Below, piece by piece: positions 48,763-56,064 of a stretch of DNA of 64,000 nucleotides (within the stretch, counting starts at the first letter, position 1; every line of letters begins with the position of its first letter). Where the stretch lies: assembly GCA_945893185.1 (NCBI GenBank), contig CAMDDW010000003.1, forward strand, positions 43,119 to 107,118, given 5' to 3'. This stretch comes from Akkermansia muciniphila. Lineage in GTDB: Bacteria > Verrucomicrobiota > Verrucomicrobiia > Limisphaerales > UBA9464. A model generated the notes under the pieces. That model did no database searches and was not told where the DNA came from. It saw nothing but the letters and a program-made list of their open reading frames with translations. Both the position numbers and the translations under genes were made by a program.

Positions 48763-49725
48763 ATGATGAATCGAGTCCCTCCAGTGATCGGGGCCCAGTC
48801 CACGCGCTTTCGACTCATCAGGCTCTGGTCCGGCATTCTGATCGGAGACCTCGCCACGGCCGGACTTTTCCTAGCCATCAAACAATGGGTCGCGAGCATC
48901 GACGGGCCAACGGGGCCTTTGCTGTCAGTGCCCAGTTTCTTGCTGTTCCCGGCATTCGGCGGACTCATGGCCTCATGGTTTTGGCGGAGACTCAACCTCA
49001 CGATAGCAGACTGTCTCATCCATTCCGTCTCAATGACAGCGATCGGGATCGGTGGGGCGGCGATGTTGCTAGGTGAAGGGGCCGTCTGCCTCGTCATCGC
49101 CACCCCAGGGCTGTATGTGATGCTCCTGGTGGGAATCCTGTTTGGCCGACTGCTGTTCATGCCTCGAGACAACGGGCTGCGTCTGGTCATGCTGCCACTA
49201 TTGGCCTTCTTCGCGCATGCCGAGACCCAACTCCGCTCTGACGAGCAGGAAGCGGTCACCGACGAAATTCTCATCCACACTTTGCCGGCCAAGGTTTGGC
49301 CTCATGTGCTGACCTTCCCGCGCATTCAAGAGCCACCCGATTACTGGATTTTCCGGCTCGGTCTGCCGTGTCCCATGGAGACGACCAACAGCGGCAATCA
49401 TGTCGGCGCGAACCGTCAGTGCGTGTTCAGTGATGGAGTCGTGATTCAGGAGCACATCTCTGAGTTCATCCCCCAGGAACGCCTGACATTCGAGGTGTCT
49501 GAACAACCGACCCACCCGGAGTCCTACGGTCATGTCACTCTCCATCGGGGCCAGTTCGACTTGCGTGACAACCACGACGGCACGACGACCCTCATCGGCA
49601 CCAGTTGGTACACCCTCCACGTCCGCCCGCTCTGGTATTTCAACCTATGGACCGAGGACATGACCCGGCAAGTCCACCTCCGCGTGATGCGCCACATCCA
49701 GCGCCTCGCTGAATCCTCGCCCTGA
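48763..49725 (+). CDS. Membrane protein with C-terminal SRPBCC-like domain
   Basis: N-terminal TM helices, EGAVCL; FRLGLPCP...GQFDL...HLRVMRHI. Confidence 0.7.
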   Translation: MMNRVPPVIGAQSTRFRLIRLWSGILIGDLATAGLFLAIKQWVASIDGPTGPLLSVPSFLLFPAFGGLMASWFWRRLNLTIADCLIHSVSMTAIGIGGAAMLLGEGAVCLVIATPGLYVMLLVGILFGRLLFMPRDNGLRLVMLPLLAFFAHAETQLRSDEQEAVTDEILIHTLPAKVWPHVLTFPRIQEPPDYWIFRLGLPCPMETTNSGNHVGANRQCVFSDGVVIQEHISEFIPQERLTFEVSEQPTHPESYGHVTLHRGQFDLRDNHDGTTTLIGTSWYTLHVRPLWYFNLWTEDMTRQVHLRVMRHIQRLAESSP

Positions 49726-49726
49726 G

Positions 49727-50155
49727 ATGTTCCGCTTCACCGTCGAGCATCTCGGCTTCCTCGCGAAGGTCCCGGGCCTTCCGCAGGTATTCGATGCCCT
49801 GCTACTGGTGACGACCGCCCTGCGGCGCACTCCCTGCCTAGTGGCCATGGAACAAATCGAGACGCACTTGCGTTCGCTTCCAGAACTGCGACTGCGACCC
49901 CATCGTCTCGGAGGCACCGAATTCGTGTTGGCGGGCCATGAGATCGCCCACCTGCATGGCAATGGATTGCTCGACGTCCGGTTGAGCGAGCCAGAGCGGA
50001 ACCGATGGGTGCACTCGGGACGCGTGCAGCCCCATCATGTGCTTCCGGAATCTACCTGGGTGAGCCTCTGGATCACGGGAGCCGAGGATGTCCCGACGGC
50101 AGTGGAACTGTTGGAGACAGCCGCCTGGCTGCGCGCTTCCGGATTCAGGACCTGA
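49727..50155 (+). CDS. DUF5519/luciferase-like family protein
   Basis: HRLGGTEF, EIAHLHG, HHVLPESTWVS. Confidence 0.7.
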   Translation: MFRFTVEHLGFLAKVPGLPQVFDALLLVTTALRRTPCLVAMEQIETHLRSLPELRLRPHRLGGTEFVLAGHEIAHLHGNGLLDVRLSEPERNRWVHSGRVQPHHVLPESTWVSLWITGAEDVPTAVELLETAAWLRASGFRT

Positions 50156-50228
50156 AGCGGTAGGTCAAGATGTAGACCGACCATCCGATCGAGAGAGAGG
50201 GTTCGAGAGGCCAACGAGGCGGTGGTTG

Positions 50229-50783
50229 TCAGGACGCGCCGGGAGGCGAGGTCGGAGGCGACAGCGGGGGCTGAACCGGCGGGATGGCTCCGGACTTTTC
50301 CTGCTCAAGCTGTTGTCGGGCCAGATCCATGGCGACCAACCGTTCCAAGGTGGCCGATGGAACCCCTCGCGGAGGCGGCTTCACCATTCCGATGAAGTTC
50401 CGGATGACTTGCATCGGCGTCCACACGATCCCCCAAGGGATTCCCCACCAACCGAGGCCGAGACTGAACAGCATCGAGCCCGCCTGTCGTTTGAGGCCAC
50501 AGCGTCGGCATGAAATCACCGGATGGCTGCTCCACGTGGTTACAAACAGTGCCGACCAAACCCGGTGAGCGGTGTGCACGTCAATAGGTCCCGACCTCTC
50601 GCACCGCGGACACGAGCCTTGGTGCACGGCCTGTGTTCGCCTCTGGACGAAGTCTACCGGCAACTGAGACGCAAACCGCACCAAGGCGCCGTTCTGGCGA
50701 CATTGGTCGTTGCAGAAGCGCAACTCTCCGTCGCGGCTCCCACCGAAAAGGATCAAACTATTGCAGTATTTGCAGAGGGTCAT
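50229..50783 (-). CDS. Hypothetical Cys-rich membrane protein
   Basis: Several CxxC pairs; GWWGIPWG TM segment. Confidence 0.7.
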   Translation of the reverse strand: MTLCKYCNSLILFGGSRDGELRFCNDQCRQNGALVRFASQLPVDFVQRRTQAVHQGSCPRCERSGPIDVHTAHRVWSALFVTTWSSHPVISCRRCGLKRQAGSMLFSLGLGWWGIPWGIVWTPMQVIRNFIGMVKPPPRGVPSATLERLVAMDLARQQLEQEKSGAIPPVQPPLSPPTSPPGAS

Positions 50784-50982
50784 GAGTGGTCCGGGGATTC
50801 GGAGGCTGATACGAGGAGTCTAATACGGAGAAACTCGCTGGGAGACGGATTGGTCAATCCATCGCTGTCCTTAGTAGGACGGCGGATTGCGGTTCGGGAA
50901 AGCGCATTCGGAATTGCTGGCAGTGCTGCATCCCCCCCTGTTGGGTCCTCTCACCTAGTCAACCAGTCAACCAGTCACCCGG

Positions 50983-51476
50983 TCACTGTTGCTGGCCTTG
51001 GTGGTCGTGGCAGACCAGGTCGATGATCACCGCGCTGGCCAAGATCACGACGTCGTCCTCGCCGTCTGCAATGTCCACGCCGTAGGTATCCGTCCAGGAG
51101 AACCAGCGCTTGCTCACTTCTGCCACCACGCGCCCGTGACGCCGGAAGGTGTACTCCCGGTCGAGGAGATCGCCGGATGCCTCGAGATCGTCAGGCCCAG
51201 GAACATCGACCGTGAATCGGCACCGGAACAACGTGAACAGGTGCTTACGCACTTCGGCCACCACACGCCCATCCTTCTCGATGTCATACGTGGGCCCCCA
51301 GCTCAGGAGTTTCTGACGAATGAACGCGAGCTCATGGCCGCTCGGATCTCGGAACGAGAGCTTGTCGCCCCAACTGAAGACCTTGCCATCGACGCGATAC
51401 ACCTCGTTCTCCGAAGCGTCGCGGATACGATAGTCGTCGCCCAGCTCCAGAATTTCTGACGCATCACATAACGCAT
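50983..51476 (-). pseudogene. LURP-one-related/scramblase protein with a 1-nt frameshift near 51441
   Basis: MRYVMRQKFWSW continues as GDDYRIRD...SWTDTYGVDI in another frame. Confidence 0.75.
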
Positions 51477-51581
51477 ACCCCCTAAGGCAGCAGAATCGCC
51501 GCACAACTCAAGGCAAAGGGGGGTTACGCAGGTGAGAAACACGAGCGAAGTTTCCGATGGACCGACGACACCCCGGCCAAC

Positions 51582-51711
51582 ATTAAGCGCGACACCCTCC
51601 ATCGATGCATCGACCACCTCTGGCAAGAGCATCTCTACGGGATGGATTGGCTGCGCAACTCCATCGGCCTGCGCGCCCACGGCCAGCCGGATCCGTTCAT
51701 CGAGACAAGAA
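51582..51711 (+). pseudogene. secA: Internal fragment of secA (scaffold/IRA1 region)
   Basis: [32 protein letters not shown] resembles the SecA consensus IDxxWxEHLxxMDxLRxxIGLRxYGQxDPLIEYK. Confidence 0.75.
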
Positions 51712-51782
51712 AAGGGGTCAGGAAAGGGAGGAAAGGCGTCAGTTCTTGATATTGTTACAAAAGGGGTCAGTTCTTGATATTG
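51711..51782. repeat. Second family of GGGGTCAG end repeats (tandem)
   Basis: AAAGGGGTCAGG, AAAGGCGTCAGTTCTTGATATTG, AAAGGGGTCAGTTCTTGATATTG. Confidence 0.75.
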
Positions 51783-51783
51783 G

Positions 51784-51945
51784 TTACTCCCCGCCCAGCT
51801 TCCTCTGGCGATACAAGAAATGGTTCAGATAAGCGCGGGTGCCCATCGTCAGCCGCTCGGCGATCCACCCCACCGTCATCGTCGTCTCCGCCCGCAAGCG
51901 CGCCGCCAAAGCCACCTTCACTGAATCCCCGTTGGAAGCGTGCAG
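51784..51945 (-). pseudogene. C-terminal remnant of a second RAYT-type transposase
   Basis: GDSVKVALAARLRAETTMTVGWIAERLTMGTRAYLNHFLYR; aligns with GDLRRVAVAWAVYRRTSLRQSWIADRLGL of the intact RAYT. Confidence 0.75.
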
Positions 51946-51988
51946 TTTATCCGAGATCGAAGGCCAGGATTTCCAACGGAAGCTTCAG

Positions 51989-52017
51989 AATTCGGAAATC
52001 GTTCCATGACCCCGTTT
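51989..52017 (+). repeat. RAYT-end repeat copy
   Basis: AATTCGGAAATCGTTCCATGACCCCGTTT. Confidence 0.85.
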
Positions 52018-52054
52018 CTGTTTCGATTACGAACTGAGGATCTTACCGCTCGAG

Positions 52055-52479
52055 GTGAAGAAGTCGTTTTATTCTCTCGATGCCGAAAAGTGGCAGATGT
52101 TCAATGACATACCCTATGATAGATGTCCCTGGCTTGTGTGGGGAACTCCCGCCGTGGGCACGGTGAAATCGTCATCCGAAACAGGCGAGCCTATCTTGAG
52201 GGTGAACCAATTTGCTGGCGGCGCGGAGTTTTCGGAAATAATCGAACGTGATGGATTCGACTTCGTAAAGGTTAAGATTTTAATTACTGGGATTCTGATC
52301 TTGGAATTAAATATCTACCAAGCGAAGAAATAGTGATCGAATTGGCCGAAATCGACTTTCCGGGAACTGAAAATGAATGGATAGAATCATTGAATAGATT
52401 CAAAGAAGGAGACAGTGAGTTTATCGAATGGATGATTAGTTTCGCGAAGATTAGATTAACCAGCTCAAGGCGACCCTGA
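52055..52479 (+). pseudogene. AT-rich hypothetical gene, apparently frameshifted near 52280
   Basis: The 92-aa ORF continues in a second frame (NYWDSDLGIKYLPSEEIVIELAEIDF...) to a TGA before the attC. Confidence 0.5.
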
Positions 52480-52509
52480 AGAGTCGATGGGATTTCGAGT
52501 GACATGTAC

Positions 52510-52569
52510 CGCTAACACTCACATCCAGCGGACTTCGCTTTGCTACGCCGCTGATGTGAAGCTTTCGCT
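52510..52569 (+). other. attC site with degenerate core
   Basis: CGCTAAC-ACTCACATCCAGCGG...CCGCTGATGTGAAGC-TTTCGCT. Confidence 0.7.
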
Positions 52570-52585
52570 GAAAAGATTGAGTCTG

Positions 52586-52840
52586 ATGCCACGATTCCTG
52601 CAAAGAGAGTATTTTCGGCACACGCGCCAGCGACCCGACCGGGTCGGAATCAAGGATGAATGGATTGAGCGCGTCATCGAACATCCCGAATCAGAGAAGA
52701 TTTAATCAGATGGACGCATTCGACGATGGGCACGGATTTCTGACTCTTAGATTCGGGCATTACGAGTTATTCTTTTGGGAGACTCCCCAACCGTACACAA
52801 TCCTTTCTTTGACCGTGATTATGAGGATAAAAACAAATGA
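52586..52840 (+). pseudogene. Putative toxin (DUF4258-like) with two in-frame stop codons
   Basis: EWIERVIEHPESEKI*SDGRIRRW...*IRALRVILL...TVHNPFFDR; stops at 52703 and 52748; ATGA overlap with the next gene. Confidence 0.65.
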
Positions 52841-53061
52841 AAATCAAATATTTTGAAGATACCGGCACCGCTCTCCTTGAGTTTGGGGGTGGTACTCCTG
52901 CCGAGACCCGGGAGCTATCGGAGGACATTTATTTGGGCTTAGACGAGTCGGGCCATGTGGTTTCCAACACCGTAGAGCACGCAAGCATCCGAGGTGATTT
53001 ATCTGAATTCAGCTTCAAGAGAATAAACAAAGCGGACGAGGTCGTGGAGCCAACGCGCTAA
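52837..53061 (+). CDS. DUF2283-like putative antitoxin
   Basis: MKIKYFEDT...LDESGHVV..TVEHAS. Confidence 0.7.
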   Translation: MKIKYFEDTGTALLEFGGGTPAETRELSEDIYLGLDESGHVVSNTVEHASIRGDLSEFSFKRINKADEVVEPTR

Positions 53062-53089
53062 CGCGCGCGGTTGACGACTAATGTTGGCC
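53031..53089 (+). other. attC site (59 bp)
   Basis: AGCGGAC-GAGGTCGTGGAGCCAACGCGC...GCGCGCGGTTGACGACTAAT-GTTGGCC. Confidence 0.75.
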
Positions 53090-53158
53090 TCCGAAGTCCC
53101 CCCGGCGAGCCGAAATCACCTGTTGCGGGGGCAGCACGACGTCGGCAAGATCACCTTC

Positions 53159-53365
53159 ATGCGACATGCCATCATCTATCCTGGCGAGGATGGTTTCTGG
53201 GTTGCGGAGTGTCCCAGCTTGCCGGGTTGCATTTCCCAGGGGGAGACCCGCGAGGCTGCGATCAGCAACATCCGTGAGGCCATTGAGGGCTACGTCCGTG
53301 CGCTCCGGGAGGATGGTATCGAGGTTCCTGAGGAGCGATTTGAGGCACTTCTGGTCGCTGTATGA
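53159..53365 (+). CDS. hicB: HicB family antitoxin (short)
   Basis: WVAECPSLPGCISQGETREAAISNIREAI. Confidence 0.92.
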   Translation: MRHAIIYPGEDGFWVAECPSLPGCISQGETREAAISNIREAIEGYVRALREDGIEVPEERFEALLVAV

Positions 53366-53583
53366 GCAAACTTCCTCAGGTGTCAGGCCCCGAGTTGGTC
53401 CTAGCACTTGAGAAGCTTGGGTTTTCGGTCCGTCGTCAGCACGGCAGCCACATCATTATGCGACGAGATGACCCATACGCGCAGACTGTAGTCCCAAACC
53501 ACCGTCAGATCGATCGAGGCACTCTGCGCGCCATCCTCAGGCAGATCGGGATTACTCCTGAGCATCTCACGTCGTTATTGTAG
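53362..53583 (+). CDS. hicA: HicA family toxin
   Basis: LEKLGF..RRQHGSH...VVPNH..IDRGTLRAILRQ. Confidence 0.92.
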   Translation: MSKLPQVSGPELVLALEKLGFSVRRQHGSHIIMRRDDPYAQTVVPNHRQIDRGTLRAILRQIGITPEHLTSLL

Positions 53584-53589
53584 GAAATA

Positions 53590-53677
53590 GTCCAACCATT
53601 GCGTCCTGCGAACGGCGGTTGAGCCCACTGTTCCAGGACTGACCCGATCTCCGTCGTCGCAGACCCAGGGGTTAATC
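53590..53677 (+). other. attC site
   Basis: GTCCAAC...GTCCTGCGAACGGCGG...CCGTCGTCGCAGAC...GTTAATC, 88 bp. Confidence 0.75.
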
Positions 53678-53685
53678 CTTATATT

Positions 53686-54168
53686 ATGCACACACGCTAT
53701 CTAAGAATCTCGATTGCCGCCGCTTTCTTTCTGTCGGTGCTTTATTCCATCCACGGAAGCGAGCCGCCGGCTCAGTGGAAGAAAGTCGATGCGAAGCGGT
53801 TTTCATTTTTTATTCCGCCGGACATGAAACTCGTTCCGACCCGCGGAATCGACTCCTACGTTGAGAGCTACCGCGGAACGAACATCGACTTGAGCTTCGA
53901 CTACGGGCCTTACCCTGATTCCCTGAACCCCTATAAGAACTTCCCTGGCTCCGTCACGAAGACATTGAAAATCGACGGCAAAGAGGCGCTACAAGTGTCA
54001 TTCACCAATTCAAGCACGTCTGGATACCGTTTCGATCAGGTTATCGCAATCCACTTTCGCGACTTGGGTGACGGAGGAAACAAGCAGACGCTGTGGGCGA
54101 CATGCCGCACCAAAGAACATTATTCGGCTGTTGAACAGATATTCTCTACTCTTCGTTTTAACAAGTGA
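53686..54168 (+). CDS. Hypothetical secreted protein (cassette gene)
   Basis: Signal peptide; starts 8 bp after the attC core. Confidence 0.75.
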   Translation: MHTRYLRISIAAAFFLSVLYSIHGSEPPAQWKKVDAKRFSFFIPPDMKLVPTRGIDSYVESYRGTNIDLSFDYGPYPDSLNPYKNFPGSVTKTLKIDGKEALQVSFTNSSTSGYRFDQVIAIHFRDLGDGGNKQTLWATCRTKEHYSAVEQIFSTLRFNK

Positions 54169-54175
54169 CACAGGG

Positions 54176-54337
54176 AACGGGGTTAGGGAACGATTTTCGA
54201 ATTTGACTCAGGTTGGGGGTCAGGTTCTGCCGTTCAATGCCTCGGTGATTGGCTTTTTAGCTTGCGGAGCCCGTTACCGAGCCCGAGCCGAGAGAACCTA
54301 TGGGAGAAAAATCGGAAATCCTTCCTTTCTCCCGTTT
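54176..54337 (+). mobile_element. ~160-bp MITE/REPIN-like element
   Basis: Inverted RAYT-type ends (right end degenerate); homologous to 10441-10601. Confidence 0.8.
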
Positions 54338-54418
54338 CACTAACAAAGCACTGAGCTTAAACGTTGGTCGAAGTGTGTAAGAATGTGTAAACAACAAGAA
54401 AGTAAGAGACCAGAAGCA

Positions 54419-54775
54419 ATGAGAAGTATCTTGGTGATTCTGTGTATATTGGCTGCGTGCGGTTGTACAGCCAACCAGCGGTTGGGCGTGAAGCTCGATC
54501 AGCCTACCTATTGGCGTAGCCCGAACGGAGAGCGATTTGTAGCACGCCACGGATGGCTGTCCGATGACAGTCTCAGTTTTGTCAAAGTAACGATGCCCGA
54601 TGGCCGACAGTGGACGTTACCACGAGCGTCGGCTGCTTCCGGTGTGCGATACACCGATGAACATACATTGGTGTGGTGGGAACATCAGGGCACGGTGCGT
54701 GTGGATGTCCGACGTGACGATGGAGAGTGGGAGGAGGGGCGTTGGGAATTGCGGCCCTATCCGCAGGTACACTAA
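54419..54775 (+). CDS. MliC-family lysozyme-inhibitor-like lipoprotein (cassette gene)
   Basis: Lipobox LAAC; TLPRASAASGVRYTD...WWEH. Confidence 0.7.
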   Translation: MRSILVILCILAACGCTANQRLGVKLDQPTYWRSPNGERFVARHGWLSDDSLSFVKVTMPDGRQWTLPRASAASGVRYTDEHTLVWWEHQGTVRVDVRRDDGEWEEGRWELRPYPQVH

Positions 54776-54778
54776 TCT

Positions 54779-54826
54779 GCCCAACAAGCCGTGGATGGCA
54801 ACTCCCACTAGCTTCTTTTTCCTCTA
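54779..54826 (+). other. Left half of an attC site, cut off by the RAYT element
   Basis: GCCCAAC-AAGCCGTGGATGGCAAC... begins 3 bp after the stop codon; no right arm found. Confidence 0.55.
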
Positions 54827-54856
54827 GGAACGAGACCAAGGAACGATTTCCGAAGG

Positions 54857-56027
54857 AACGGGGTCAGGGAACGATTTCCGATTTTGAATCAGGCGGGATC
54901 TAGCTACTGTTAACCCATGCCTCGACAAGTCCGCATTGAGTTTGAGGGCGCCCTTTACCATGTGATGGCACGTGGCAATCAGCGCAACCGCATCTTTGCC
55001 TCGCCCGACGGGGGCGATGAGAGCCTGTTCTTGGAAACCCTGGGCGAATGCTGCGAGCGTTCCGGCTTCCGAATCTGGGCATGGGTCCTGATGGGCAATC
55101 ATTACCACCTCCTCGTCGAGACACCCTCGGCCAATCTGGTCGCCGGCATGGCTTGGCTCCAAAACACCTACACGCGACGCTTCAACTCCCGCCACCGCCA
55201 ATGGGGACGCCTTTTCGGCGACCGCTACAAGTCGGTCCTCATTGAATCGGGCAGACCCGACGAAACGGGCGGCGACTTATACCTGCAGACCCTTCTCGAC
55301 TACATTCACCTCAATCCAGTTCGAGCCGGGTTGGTGCCGACCGAATCATTCCAGGGGCTGATGGACTATCCTTGGAGCAGCCTCGTCCAGGCCTACGCCG
55401 TGGCACCCGAGGCACGGGCTCCGTGGATGGCGGTGACCGACGGTCTCGCGCTCTTCCGATGCGAGGACAGGGCGGCGGATCGCCGACAGTTTGTCGAACG
55501 TCTCGAAGGCCGATTGAAGGCTGAAGCCGCGGAAGCGTGCGGTTTATCCGAGATCAAAGGCCAGACTCTGCGGAGCACCTTGAGGAAAGGTTGGTATTGG
55601 GGAGGAGAATCCTTCAAGGAGACGCTTCTTCAAAAACTCGAAGGTCTCAAAGGGAGCTCCATGCCTGTGGCGAAGGATTTCCGCAGCAGCGATCAGGCAC
55701 GGGACCATGACCACTGGGACGGTGAACGGATCATCTCCGAGGCAGTGCAACAGTTCGCCCTGAAAAGCGGCCGGCGCGAGGAGTTTACGGCGCTGCCGCG
55801 TGGAGATCTACGGCGGGTCGCGGTGGCTTGGGCCGTATATCGGCGCACCTCGCTGCGGCAATCATGGATCGCAGACCGACTCGGATTGCGCAGCGGTGAC
55901 AACGTCTCGGCGCAGGTCCGGAAACTCTCCACACGGCCAAGCGAGGAACTTTCACCCGAGATCCAAGCGTGGATGAAGGCCTTCGAATGAAGCCAGCCAA
56001 AATCGGAAATCGTTCCCTGACCCCGTT
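54857..56027 (+). mobile_element. RAYT element with perfect 30-bp inverted ends
   Basis: AACGGGGTCAGGGAACGATTTCCGATTTTG (54857-54886) and reverse complement (55998-56027); extra degenerate copy at 54827-54854; no target duplication seen. Confidence 0.85.
54917..55990 (+). CDS. REP-associated tyrosine transposase (Y1 HUH, IS200-like superfamily) with C-terminal HTH-like region
   Basis: MPRQVRIEFEGALYHVMARGN, HUH motif NHYHL, LFGDRYKS, DYIHLNPVRAG, YPWSS. Confidence 0.92.
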   Translation: MPRQVRIEFEGALYHVMARGNQRNRIFASPDGGDESLFLETLGECCERSGFRIWAWVLMGNHYHLLVETPSANLVAGMAWLQNTYTRRFNSRHRQWGRLFGDRYKSVLIESGRPDETGGDLYLQTLLDYIHLNPVRAGLVPTESFQGLMDYPWSSLVQAYAVAPEARAPWMAVTDGLALFRCEDRAADRRQFVERLEGRLKAEAAEACGLSEIKGQTLRSTLRKGWYWGGESFKETLLQKLEGLKGSSMPVAKDFRSSDQARDHDHWDGERIISEAVQQFALKSGRREEFTALPRGDLRRVAVAWAVYRRTSLRQSWIADRLGLRSGDNVSAQVRKLSTRPSEELSPEIQAWMKAFE

Positions 56028-56064
56028 TCATCTTGAGACCAAAATATCCAACCGCTAAATCACC

